Source of the DNA: a virus
IMG/VR virus record: IMGVR_UViG_3300042887_005324
Location: 110,042 to 174,041 of that record
DNA: 64,000 bases
Reading direction: 5' to 3' (one strand)
Of this stretch, positions 10,201 through 18,325 are shown one piece after another. Position numbers and translations under genes: made by a program. The first letter of the stretch is position 1. Every line of letters begins with the position of its first letter. The notes beneath the pieces are model-generated. The model made no database searches. It saw nothing but the letters and a program-made list of their open reading frames with translations, and was not told where the DNA came from.

Positions 10201-13200
10201 GATCCAGGTGTTATTGTACCGATACCTAAGTTACCATTATTAAAATATGAGTCACCGACTGTTGCAAAGTTTATGAGAGCTCTTCCAGCAACTGAATTTT
10301 GAATTGATCTATTAGATGTACCATTTATAAAGATGTTTCCATAAAGAAGTGTATTGCCACTTACATTAAGAACCGAGGTAGACGAAGTTGTTATTCCAAT
10401 ATAAACCTTTCCATCTGCAGCTACAAGAAATGGACTCGAATCTGGATTTGTGGAATCCTCTACAAGAATCGCATTTCCATCACCTAACTGTGTTATTCTG
10501 ACCATGTCAGTTGAACTACTACCCGATACTATTAATCCAGAACTAGTAGAATTATTTTGAATCTCAAGTGATGCAGTTGGCGATGCAGTTCCTATTCCGA
10601 CTTTTCCATCACCACTTATTGTTAGTCTTATACCTTTACTACCTCCATTATTAGTAACAAAATGATGACTCTTATTTTGATAGTTATTTACATAAATAGC
10701 ATCATTTCTATTCGCGAATAAATTGTTCCAAGAAGGCCCAGTAGCTCTATCTAATGAGATATAAAAAGAATTGTTTATGTTATAAGCATCATTTCTGTCA
10801 CTTAATACAATAAATGGAACTTTGGTTGTTGTGTCTGCTCTAGTCACTAAATTAGCATTGGCTAAAGTCCCACCATCAAAAAACATCACAGAATCAACAC
10901 CACTTGTTGATAGTGCATGTAATTGGTATGATGGTGCAGTTATACCTAATCCGAGTCTATTGTTAGTTTGATCCCAGTAGAATTGTGAGCTTTGTTGTAA
11001 TACATTACCAGATCCCTGGAATAATACATATCCGACAGTACCACTCAAAATAGAAGTAGAACCAACTGTCAGACTATTTGGACCAGTAGGTCCTTGGTTT
11101 CCTTGAAATCCCTGATTTCCTTGTGGACCAGTTGGTCCTTGATTACCTTGATTACCCTGAAATCCTTGAGGTCCAGTTGGTCCCTGATTTCCTTGTGGTC
11201 CAGTTGGTCCTTGAAAGCCTTGGTTACCTTGAAATCCTTGAGGACCGGTCGGACCTTGATTACCTTGATTTCCCTGAAATCCCTGAGGTCCAGTTGGTCC
11301 TTGATTGCCTTGGTTTCCTTGAAAGCCTTGAGGTCCAGTTGGTCCTTGAAATCCCTGATTACCTTGAAAGCCTTGAGGTCCGGTCGGACCTTGATTGCCT
11401 TGGTTACCTTGAAAACCTTGAGGTCCGGTTGGTCCTTGACTTCCTTGGTTACCCTGGAATCCTTGTGGTCCAGTTGGTCCTTGGAATCCCTGATTACCTT
11501 GAAATCCTTGTGGTCCGGTTGGTCCTTGTGAGCCAGTAGCGCCATTTGAACCTGTTCTACCTTGAAATCCCTGATTACCCTGGAATCCTTGTGGTCCGGT
11601 TGGTCCTTGAAATCCCTGATTGCCCTGGAATCCTTGAGGACCGGTAACACCACTGCCTTGAAAACCCTGAGGTCCAGTTGGTCCTTGATTTCCTTGAACT
11701 CCTTGTGATCCGGTTGTTCCTTGAGCTCCTTGTCCATTAGTAATAAGTACTGCACTAAACCAAGTACCCGAACCTAATGTACTACCTTTCAAAAGAGTCT
11801 GAGGTACCCCAGTATAAGCAGTAAAATCTACATAATCTGTAGTTCCGTTTAGGTATATAAGTTTAGTACCACCTGATGAAAATCCAGAAAATGTAGCTGA
11901 AGTTATTTGAGCTTGACTTATTAAGAAAGTACCACCGTTTTTACGAGCTTGTAAATTATGCTGATTATTAACACTATATGTACCTGACCACCAGCCATTT
12001 AAAGTAATTTCATAATATCCAGCTATTGTTGGTAAGAATTGTTTAGTTGATGCATTCCACCAATTTTGAGGATCAAAATCACTCACAAAAGCAATTAAAA
12101 CATCACTAGCTGTAAATGGTTGGTTAGCACTTAATATGCCTTGAGAAACATAATTAGATACAGACAAGTCAGCAGATGGACCAGTAACTCCCTGAAATCC
12201 TTGTGGACCAGTAGTGCCCTGTGGGCCTACTGAACCCTGATTACCTTGAAATCCAGTTGGTCCTTGAGGTCCTTGAGCACCAGATCCTTGTGGACCAGTT
12301 GTACCTTGTGGTCCAGTTGGTCCTTGGTTACCTTGATTACCTTGAAAACCAGTCGCTCCATATCCTTGTGGACCAACAGAACCTTGAAATCCTTGTGGAC
12401 CAGTTGGTCCTTGATTACCTTGATTACCTTGAAATCCTTGTGGACCAGTTGGTCCTTGAAATCCTTGATTGCCTTGAAACCCCTGAGGACCAGTTGGTCC
12501 TTGTGATCCAGTAGCACCATTAGAACCCGTTCTACCTTGAAATCCTTGATTACCTTGAAATCCTTGTGGACCAGTCAATCCCTGAAATCCTTGATTACCC
12601 TGGAATCCTTGTGGACCAGTTGGTCCTTGATTACCCTGGAATCCTTGTGGACCAGTTGGCCCTTGAAGTCCTTGAAAACCAGTCGCTCCATATCCTTGAG
12701 GTCCAGTAGATCCTTGAAAACCTTGAAATCCAGTTGGTCCTTGAAACCCTTGAAATCCCTGAGTACCTTGGAATCCTTGAAATCCCTGAGGTCCAGTTGG
12801 TCCTTGATTACCTTGAAATCCTTGAAACCCAGTTGGTCCTTCAACTCCTTGATCACCCTGGAGTCCCTGAGGACCACTTGGTCCCTGATCACCTTGATCA
12901 CCTTGAAAACCAGTTGGTCCTTGAAACCCTTGATCACCTTGAAATCCCTGAGGTCCTTGATCACCTTGATTACCTTGAAAACCTTGAGGTCCAGTTGGTC
13001 CTTGTCGACCTTGAAAACCTTGAGGTCCAGTTGGTCCTTGTCGACCTTGGAAACCCTGAACTCCTTGAGGACCAGTTGGTCCTTGTCTTCCCTGAAAACC
13101 TTGGAAACCTTGTGGTCCAGTTGGTCCTTGATCACCTTGAACACCTTGAAATCCCTGAGGACCAGTCGGTCCTTGAAATCCCTGGTCACCCTGAGGACCA

Positions 13201-13946
13201 AGTATACCAGTTAAGTTGACAGTCCATTCTGAATATGTAATACCAAATGTCGCGCCAAGTTCATTACACTCAACAATCATTTGTCCAGTACTTGCTGAGT
13301 AAGCAAGAATGTCTCCATTAAACTTATCAAGTTTATTACTAATTGGTGTTACTATTACCTGTTGTGTTTCAGTGTAAGCTAATAATGTATCAATTGTAAA
13401 TGAAACAGTAAAACCTAAATCTGGAACAGCGAAAGTATCATAGGTAAAGGTAGAATACTTATCACCTTTTGTTCCTTGAAACCCTTGAGGACCAGTAGCA
13501 CCTTGATTACCTTGAAAACCTTGATTACCTTGAAAACCCTGAAATCCGGTTGGTCCTTGAAAGCCCTGGTTACCTTGAAAACCTTGAGGTCCTTGAAATC
13601 CCTGTGCTCCCTGAAATCCTTGCGCACCTTGAAATCCTTGCGCACCCTGAAACCCTTGATAACCCTGTGGACCTTGGGATATAAAAGGAGTAACCCATTG
13701 AAAGCTATCACCATCACTGAAATAAACAAACTCAGTACCAGTACTTAAATCATACCATCTGTCACCGGTTATAGCATCAGTTGGTGCTGGTGGTTCTTGA
13801 ACAAAGTATCGGTTACTTACTGCAGCACCACCTACATCTAAAACATTACCACTTCCATCATAAAAAACGCCGTTGATATATTGAACTATTCTCGGAAATA
13901 ATTCCGGTACTATTTGTTCTATCTTATTCGGATTCTGCCTAGCCAC
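7212..13946 (-). CDS. large collagen-like tail fibre with C1q-like domains and Gly-rich C-terminus (2244 aa)
   Basis: GTG start; hundreds of G-X-Y triplets; two C1q-like domains (FLPTIAGYYEI, PAFSAY...FTPTLAGYYLF); GxVGIGTxxP repeats; terminal Gly-rich domain. Confidence 0.85.
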   Translation of the reverse strand: MARQNPNKIEQIVPELFPRIVQYINGVFYDGSGNVLDVGGAAVSNRYFVQEPPAPTDAITGDRWYDLSTGTEFVYFSDGDSFQWVTPFISQGPQGYQGFQGAQGFQGAQGFQGAQGFQGPQGFQGNQGFQGPTGFQGFQGNQGFQGNQGATGPQGFQGTKGDKYSTFTYDTFAVPDLGFTVSFTIDTLLAYTETQQVIVTPISNKLDKFNGDILAYSASTGQMIVECNELGATFGITYSEWTVNLTGILGPQGDQGFQGPTGPQGFQGVQGDQGPTGPQGFQGFQGRQGPTGPQGVQGFQGRQGPTGPQGFQGRQGPTGPQGFQGNQGDQGPQGFQGDQGFQGPTGFQGDQGDQGPSGPQGLQGDQGVEGPTGFQGFQGNQGPTGPQGFQGFQGTQGFQGFQGPTGFQGFQGSTGPQGYGATGFQGLQGPTGPQGFQGNQGPTGPQGFQGNQGFQGLTGPQGFQGNQGFQGRTGSNGATGSQGPTGPQGFQGNQGFQGPTGPQGFQGNQGNQGPTGPQGFQGSVGPQGYGATGFQGNQGNQGPTGPQGTTGPQGSGAQGPQGPTGFQGNQGSVGPQGTTGPQGFQGVTGPSADLSVSNYVSQGILSANQPFTASDVLIAFVSDFDPQNWWNASTKQFLPTIAGYYEITLNGWWSGTYSVNNQHNLQARKNGGTFLISQAQITSATFSGFSSGGTKLIYLNGTTDYVDFTAYTGVPQTLLKGSTLGSGTWFSAVLITNGQGAQGTTGSQGVQGNQGPTGPQGFQGSGVTGPQGFQGNQGFQGPTGPQGFQGNQGFQGRTGSNGATGSQGPTGPQGFQGNQGFQGPTGPQGFQGNQGSQGPTGPQGFQGNQGNQGPTGPQGFQGNQGFQGPTGPQGFQGNQGNQGPTGPQGFQGNQGNQGPTGPQGFQGNQGFQGPTGPQGNQGPTGPQGFQGNQGNQGPTGPQGNQGFQGNQGPTGPNSLTVGSTSILSGTVGYVLFQGSGNVLQQSSQFYWDQTNNRLGLGITAPSYQLHALSTSGVDSVMFFDGGTLANANLVTRADTTTKVPFIVLSDRNDAYNINNSFYISLDRATGPSWNNLFANRNDAIYVNNYQNKSHHFVTNNGGSKGIRLTISGDGKVGIGTASPTASLEIQNNSTSSGLIVSGSSSTDMVRITQLGDGNAILVEDSTNPDSSPFLVAADGKVYIGITTSSTSVLNVSGNTLLYGNIFINGTSNRSIQNSVAGRALINFATVGDSYFNNGNLGIGTITPGSKLDIDASTGSTIGLRVSGETSTDLVRITQTGSGNALIVEDSSNPDSSPFVVDSVGSVGIGMTAPSFNLDVVGRQRITGTGSTYSLEVTSTGNSFIVMYGNGVSSTDGYVRFTNGVQTANIFAPTIWSRSNTNGYPSTWILSDLLTGTDIGTTSITRFESRLNGSSLVTTRPLFEWRNSTTTNMLMFVDGSLMLQNGGTFLGVTSSILTLNSTTKGFLPPRMLSSEKNAIVSATAGLLVFDTNLSLYSFYNGTTWSSINTVNNGTTNQIAFYSGTSAISSTSSITFTTNMVNINSPITITSSSGGALVTLTGNNANGGWINMTNFGGSAPPTFTTRSIGSKIVLYETIGTASAGYAFGVAPSTLWYGVDTQGSSHKWYAGTTLVSTLDGYGNYSVIGGLLSTSTYSSSFTNGIVTDFITGNGRISVGSNTNISLYTGGIGSTTMSTFGTNSILLFQPTTISSNLNVSGNSILTGNVFSGTQSVLGNISATGSLTITGNSNLRGTLSSGTQSILGNISATGSLSVTNNATITNTLTAGTISVINLASATTFNAATYQIATFKALDGPAFSAYGSVATTLNNNVVTKITLDTEEFDSDNAFSTSTYRFTPTLAGYYLFHGHISVVTYASNAGSQIMSLYKNGYEFKRGVRVPCNTNGVGTMISAMIFMDGITDYIEMYGLQGSGGNVTTETGQQFGPYLQGNFVKPPIYSYVSVQYLVIGGGGGGGCNWGGGGGGGAFVEGTSGFAKGFVYDVIVGTGGAGATTTGAGGNGGTSYIQGVKYTSSNFTITGSGGGGGGFNSSGSTAVVGNSNGNGSGGGAGFPGSGGTVAGGSGVNNVTIEFQTINSYNSGGQSRGLSTFGCGGGGGAGAVGTEGQTSQAGGDGGAGKTSSITGTSSYYSAGGGGGGGNGSVQSSGGTGNTGGKGGNTTGGAGTNGAGGYGMGGGGGATNTGQGGNGSNGVVILRVLTSQNSTVIGTYTTSTDGLYTIFTITGDSQFIP
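11080..13680 (-). repeat. collagen-coding degenerate 9-bp tandem repeats
   Basis: Arrays of CCTTGAAAT/CCTTGATTA/CCAGTTGGT-type 9-mers encoding GFQ/GNQ/GPT/GPQ. Confidence 0.9.
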
Positions 13947-13969
13947 TAAAATTCATTAAGATTTAACTT

Positions 13970-13978
13970 TATATATTA
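13970..13978 (-). promoter_or_regulatory. TAATATATA putative late promoter of fibre operon
   Basis: Same 9-mer precedes many virion genes in the window. Confidence 0.6.
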
Positions 13979-13997
13979 AAAATATAAGTGACCACTA

Positions 13998-14026
13998 TAA
14001 ACCAAATGAACATATTTAAATATAAA
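13998..14026 (+). promoter_or_regulatory. TAAAC-N18-TATAAA putative phage-sigma (middle) promoter
   Basis: TAAACCAAA-14nt-TATAAA, 4 nt before ATG 14031. Confidence 0.45.
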
Positions 14027-14030
14027 ATTT

Positions 14031-14525
14031 ATGAAAAAGAAGAAGCTTAAAAAAATAGCTAAATTTATTTTTGATAGTGTTGAAAAAAAACAACTTAGAT
14101 CTTCAGAAATAAAAGAAACATATGAATCTTCACTTGCTCTTTCATATGACGAAGAAACATCGAATAAAATTTCAGATTTTATTCTCAATCTAATTACACT
14201 AGACTCTAAAATAAATCTTGAGATTAACGAAAACTATATAAACATCTATTGTAACTTATCTCAATTCTCAAACCATTCAAAAGGAAATACTTTGACAAAA
14301 GATGAATCACTAGAATTAAACATAACAGACTCATCTCTAAGAATTAGAAAAGATTATGGTACTTATATTGTTTATAAAGATTCAGTTACTTTCAACAAAT
14401 TAAAACCTATTCTTTTAGAGAAGCATCAAAAGAATTCAAACGAAGAGTTACAGAAAATCATAAATGATGTAATGATTGTAACAAAATTATCAAGAGATAG
14501 TAATTTAAATATTCTACTCGATTAA
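14031..14525 (+). CDS. hypothetical protein with C-terminal RDxxLxxLL motif
   Basis: ORF ends LSRDSNLNILLD. Confidence 0.65.
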   Translation: MKKKKLKKIAKFIFDSVEKKQLRSSEIKETYESSLALSYDEETSNKISDFILNLITLDSKINLEINENYINIYCNLSQFSNHSKGNTLTKDESLELNITDSSLRIRKDYGTYIVYKDSVTFNKLKPILLEKHQKNSNEELQKIINDVMIVTKLSRDSNLNILLD

Positions 14526-14542
14526 AAATTAAAAATACTTAA

Positions 14543-16279
14543 ATGATTATAAGTGAAATAGGAATTAAAGGATTCAAGAGTTTTGGAAACAATGAGCAAA
14601 CTCTTAAACTAAATAATGAAAAAGGTGAACTAATTTTATTAACTGGTTCTAATGGTAATGGTAAGTCATCATTCATTGAATCATTTGAATATGTTTTATA
14701 TGGTAAAGTAAAGTCTATGAAAAAAAAGAAATGGGCTACCCTATCAACTTTACCTAACAGAATAAATAATGAGTTACAAAATAGAATCAAATTCGTTTCT
14801 AATGGTACTGAAATTGAAGTAATAAGAGGAATCAATCCAGGTACACTTAAACTAATAGAAAATGGTTTAGAAAACGACAGAGCAGGTAAAGCAAACTTAG
14901 ATGAGAAAATTGAAAATTATATCGGAATGGATATTGAAACATTTAAGTCTTTTATTTCTATGTCAATTAATGACTTCAAAAACTTTATAAGTCTATCAAC
15001 TGACGAAAAACAGTTGCTATTAGATAAGTTATTTAACTTAGAAGTCATAAATATTTTGAATCAAATTCTTAAAGACTTGAATAAAGTTAATAAAATTCAA
15101 TTAGCAAAGTATGATTCTGAGATTTCTACACTAAATGATTCAATCTCATCTATACAAAGGTCTATTCAAAAAGCTATTGAAAAAGAAAAGTTGAATATTC
15201 AATCAGAAATTGATGAGATAAAAAAACAAATTGATGACAGAAAATCTGAATATCAATTACTTAAAGAAAAAGTAGAAAAAATAAAAGTTAAAGAAAATGA
15301 ACTTAAAACAGAACTTGATTCAGAAAAAGAACAATATATTAATCTCAACTCTGAGATTAAGTCTGCTCAAAAAGACATTGATTTATATGATTCAGGAAAG
15401 TGTCCTACTTGCGGAACCGATTTTGATAATGATCATTTCCACAATCTTAAAGATGTATTATTAGAAAAAAAGAATTCATTAGAATCTCTTAGAAATGAAA
15501 TAGAAGCAAACATCAGAGGCATTAAAGAAAAGCAAGTTAAACTTCAAGGTATTTCTGATACAACTACTAAGTCATTTAATGATATTACTTATTTGCTTAG
15601 AAACTATAAAACACAAATAGAAAAACTACAGTCTCAGAAAGATAGAGAATCTGGTCAATCTAATGTCAATGTTGTCGAATTTGAAAATACAATAAAAGAA
15701 TTAGAATCTAAAAAAGAAACTAGTGTTGAATATCAGACTATTTCTAAGGAAAAAGAACTCTACTATAAAGAACTCTCGAAAGTATTTGGTGAAGATGGTG
15801 TCAAAAAAACTATTATCTCAAGTATTATAAAGCCGATTAATCATTTTATCAACGATAATGTTAAAAAGATGAGTCTTCCTTTTCAAGTTCAATTGGATGA
15901 AACATTTACGGCTCAAATCAAACAATTTGGCGGAGTAATTGAACATGATTCTTTATCGACCGGTGAAACCAAAAAGATAAATATTAGTATTCTGATTGCT
16001 TATCTAAAGTTAATTAGAACTAAAAAACATATCAATATTCTTTTCTTAGATGAGATATTTTCAAGTATTGACATCGAGGGTTGCGAAGACATTCTAAACT
16101 TGTTAAAATCATTTGCAAATGATTACAATATTAATATCTTTGTAGTTCATCACGCTATATTGAATCAAGAAGTTTTTGATAGAATCATACATATTAACAA
16201 AGATGTTTTTACAACAATAAATGAAATGAATATAGAAGGTGTAGAAGAAAATAAAATTGAGGAAAATGATTTTGTTTAA
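14543..16279 (+). CDS. Rad50/SbcC/T4 gp46-like recombination ATPase
   Basis: Walker A GSNGNGKSS, coiled coils, CPTC zinc hook, LSTGE signature, Walker B LFLDE, H-loop VVHH. Confidence 0.93.
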   Translation: MIISEIGIKGFKSFGNNEQTLKLNNEKGELILLTGSNGNGKSSFIESFEYVLYGKVKSMKKKKWATLSTLPNRINNELQNRIKFVSNGTEIEVIRGINPGTLKLIENGLENDRAGKANLDEKIENYIGMDIETFKSFISMSINDFKNFISLSTDEKQLLLDKLFNLEVINILNQILKDLNKVNKIQLAKYDSEISTLNDSISSIQRSIQKAIEKEKLNIQSEIDEIKKQIDDRKSEYQLLKEKVEKIKVKENELKTELDSEKEQYINLNSEIKSAQKDIDLYDSGKCPTCGTDFDNDHFHNLKDVLLEKKNSLESLRNEIEANIRGIKEKQVKLQGISDTTTKSFNDITYLLRNYKTQIEKLQSQKDRESGQSNVNVVEFENTIKELESKKETSVEYQTISKEKELYYKELSKVFGEDGVKKTIISSIIKPINHFINDNVKKMSLPFQVQLDETFTAQIKQFGGVIEHDSLSTGETKKINISILIAYLKLIRTKKHINILFLDEIFSSIDIEGCEDILNLLKSFANDYNINIFVVHHAILNQEVFDRIIHINKDVFTTINEMNIEGVEENKIEENDFV

Positions 16280-16562
16280 AATCAAATCTGGTTATTATTA
16301 TAATTTAACTTATTCAACTAATGACCAAATTGATTTTGATCCAACACTTTTATTGACTTCTGATATTGAACTCATAAGAGATTTAGAAGGAAAAATTGAC
16401 TATAAGTCAATGATTGATATTGAAGACATATTAATAAATGAAAACAAAATTCAAGGTTATTTTGTATCAAATTCAAGAGTTGATAAATGTCCAGTTTTTA
16501 AGATAGATTTAGAAAAAGAAATTAGAGATAATAAAATAAAAAATATAATAAATGAAAAATAA
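16266..16562 (+). CDS. hypothetical protein with C-terminal RDNKIKNII motif
   Basis: Overlaps flanking genes; ends EIRDNKIKNIINEK. Confidence 0.65.
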   Translation: MILFKIKSGYYYNLTYSTNDQIDFDPTLLLTSDIELIRDLEGKIDYKSMIDIEDILINENKIQGYFVSNSRVDKCPVFKIDLEKEIRDNKIKNIINEK

Positions 16563-16803
16563 AAAAAACATACTAAGATTTTTATTAATCTTTTTGATCT
16601 CGTTCATATTGTTTGAGATATTAGAACACTCGGTTGAATATATTTTTGATATAGATTTTCATAACTTAGAATGGGGTTGGGCAGGATTTATTGTTGTATA
16701 TGGATTTAAGTACCATATATTCTGTTGTTTATTACCTGCAATATGGGCCGGATATAAATGTAGACATAATAATTGTGAGCATGAATACTGTGAGCATAAA
16801 TAA
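16552..16803 (+). CDS. small membrane protein with Cys/His-rich tail
   Basis: Two hydrophobic segments; HIFCC and CRHNNCEHEYCEH. Confidence 0.6.
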   Translation: MKNKKNILRFLLIFLISFILFEILEHSVEYIFDIDFHNLEWGWAGFIVVYGFKYHIFCCLLPAIWAGYKCRHNNCEHEYCEHK

Positions 16804-17011
16804 CAAATCATCGTTCGATCCAATAACATCATCTGGCGTAAATATTACTACTGCCTCATCAATCACAATTGATAAAAACTTGATTGAATATATAGATTTA
16901 TTATATCAATTATTAGGAGTAGATATTGATTTTGAAAGGTGGAAAAATATGAATCTTAGTGATCGAATCAACCTAATTAGAGATATAAAAATTAAAAAAT
17001 TAATTGATTAA
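16781..17011 (+). CDS. hypothetical protein with C-terminal RDIKIKKLI motif
   Basis: Ends LIRDIKIKKLID; start uncertain (16781 or GTG 16790). Confidence 0.55.
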   Translation: MNTVSINNKSSFDPITSSGVNITTASSITIDKNLIEYIDLLYQLLGVDIDFERWKNMNLSDRINLIRDIKIKKLID

Positions 17012-17014
17012 ATT

Positions 17015-17209
17015 ATGATTATTATTGAAATCGAACAAGGAAAAGATGGACTTGAGAAGTCGTTGAAAAAGTATAAAAGAAAATTCGACAAGCTTAAAAT
17101 TATGAAATCTCTTAGAGATAGAAAATATTACAAAAAGAAATCTGTCAAAAGAAGAGAAGAGATTAATAAAGCTATATATGTTCAACAAAAATTTAAATCA
17201 GAAGACTAA
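17015..17209 (+). CDS. rpsU: ribosomal protein bS21 (phage-encoded, Bacteroidota type)
   Basis: 64 aa basic protein; LEKSLKKYKRKFDK...LRDRKYYKKKSVKRREEINKAIY matches the bS21 pattern. Confidence 0.9.
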   Translation: MIIIEIEQGKDGLEKSLKKYKRKFDKLKIMKSLRDRKYYKKKSVKRREEINKAIYVQQKFKSED

Positions 17210-17616
17210 TGGGATTTTTCAAAAGGTTTATTACTAAGGACTTAATACTTGCACAAAAAAATTGTGAGAGTGTATTGAATTTATTAGAAGCAGATGCAGT
17301 AGTCTTTGATACTTGGTCATCTAACTTCTTCAAAAGATTTGATGACAATTATAACGATTATCAAGAAAAAAGACAAAAAAAGATTGAACAATATCAGTTC
17401 TCATCTTCTTATGCAAATATACAAGAATTTGACACACATCATATTTCTAATATTTTAATAAATCTCAAAAATGAACCTTGTTGGATCGATATACATGTTT
17501 GTCTCGAAGCATTTAAGCCGGTTGAGATATCATCTAGAATAAGTGGTCAGTTTGAATTACTTCGTGAATTTTGTATAAATCTGATTGAAAATAAACTCGA
17601 GAATGGATTTCAATAA
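17209..17616 (+). CDS. hypothetical protein
   Basis: 135 aa ORF coupled to rpsU (TAATG overlap). Confidence 0.65.
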   Translation: MGFFKRFITKDLILAQKNCESVLNLLEADAVVFDTWSSNFFKRFDDNYNDYQEKRQKKIEQYQFSSSYANIQEFDTHHISNILINLKNEPCWIDIHVCLEAFKPVEISSRISGQFELLREFCINLIENKLENGFQ

Positions 17617-18325
17617 AAATTATTATTCTATTTTAGGATTGAATTCTAATTCAACTGAAAAAGAAATAAAGAAGTCTTACTATAAATTATCTTTTACACA
17701 CCATCCTGACAAAGGTGGTGACGAATTAATTTTCTCTGAAATAACAGAGGCATATGATATTTTGATGGATGAAAAATCTAGAGAAGAATATGATAAAAAA
17801 AGTAAATGGGGTTCAAATTATGATGAATCAATTGAACTTTTGAACTATGAGTTTAGTAATACAGCAAAAGGATGGGATGAAGAAAAACTAACTGGTTGGA
17901 TAAATGAGAATCAATTAAATATTTTAATATACATAGATGATTCATTTGATGGTAAAGTTGAATACGAAAGATGGGTCACCTGTAAAAAATGTGGAGGAGA
18001 TGGTAAAGACACAACATCTAAAATTCAAATAAAAGATGAAAATGGAAACATTTTAAAACTTTTTGATGGATCAGAAGGATGTGATTTTTGTGAAGGAACT
18101 GGTAAAAACTGGAAGAACGAATCTTGTTATTTTTGTGCAGGTAAGGGTAAAGTAGGTTTTACTGATTGTCAATCCTGTAATGGTGAAAAAAGAATAAAAG
18201 GAAAACAAAAACTAAAAGGTATAAAGTTTCCAAAAAAAGAAAAGGCACACAAGATTGAAGCAATGGGTCATGTGTCTAAATTTGAAACAGGCAAAGTTGG
18301 TTGTCTTTGGTTAATTAAAAAATAA
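17603..18325 (+). CDS. dnaJ: DnaJ-like co-chaperone (J domain plus zinc finger)
   Basis: NYYSILG...HHPDKGG J domain; four CxxCxGxG/K repeats; lacks most of the C-terminal domain. Confidence 0.85.
   Translation: MDFNKNYYSILGLNSNSTEKEIKKSYYKLSFTHHPDKGGDELIFSEITEAYDILMDEKSREEYDKKSKWGSNYDESIELLNYEFSNTAKGWDEEKLTGWINENQLNILIYIDDSFDGKVEYERWVTCKKCGGDGKDTTSKIQIKDENGNILKLFDGSEGCDFCEGTGKNWKNESCYFCAGKGKVGFTDCQSCNGEKRIKGKQKLKGIKFPKKEKAHKIEAMGHVSKFETGKVGCLWLIKK

Noticed and set aside
11080-13680. Repeat arrays as CRISPR or a diversity-generating retroelement
   Set aside because: Repeats are in-frame degenerate G-X-Y codons without unique spacers; no cas or reverse transcriptase gene and no adenine-specific TR/VR pair seen
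6435-13748. Many alternative-frame and antisense ORFs (e.g. 6450-7079, 11069-11755, 12537-13214, 12575-13201)
   Set aside because: Shadows of collagen 9-bp repeats that lack stops in other frames; low-complexity translations and no promoters
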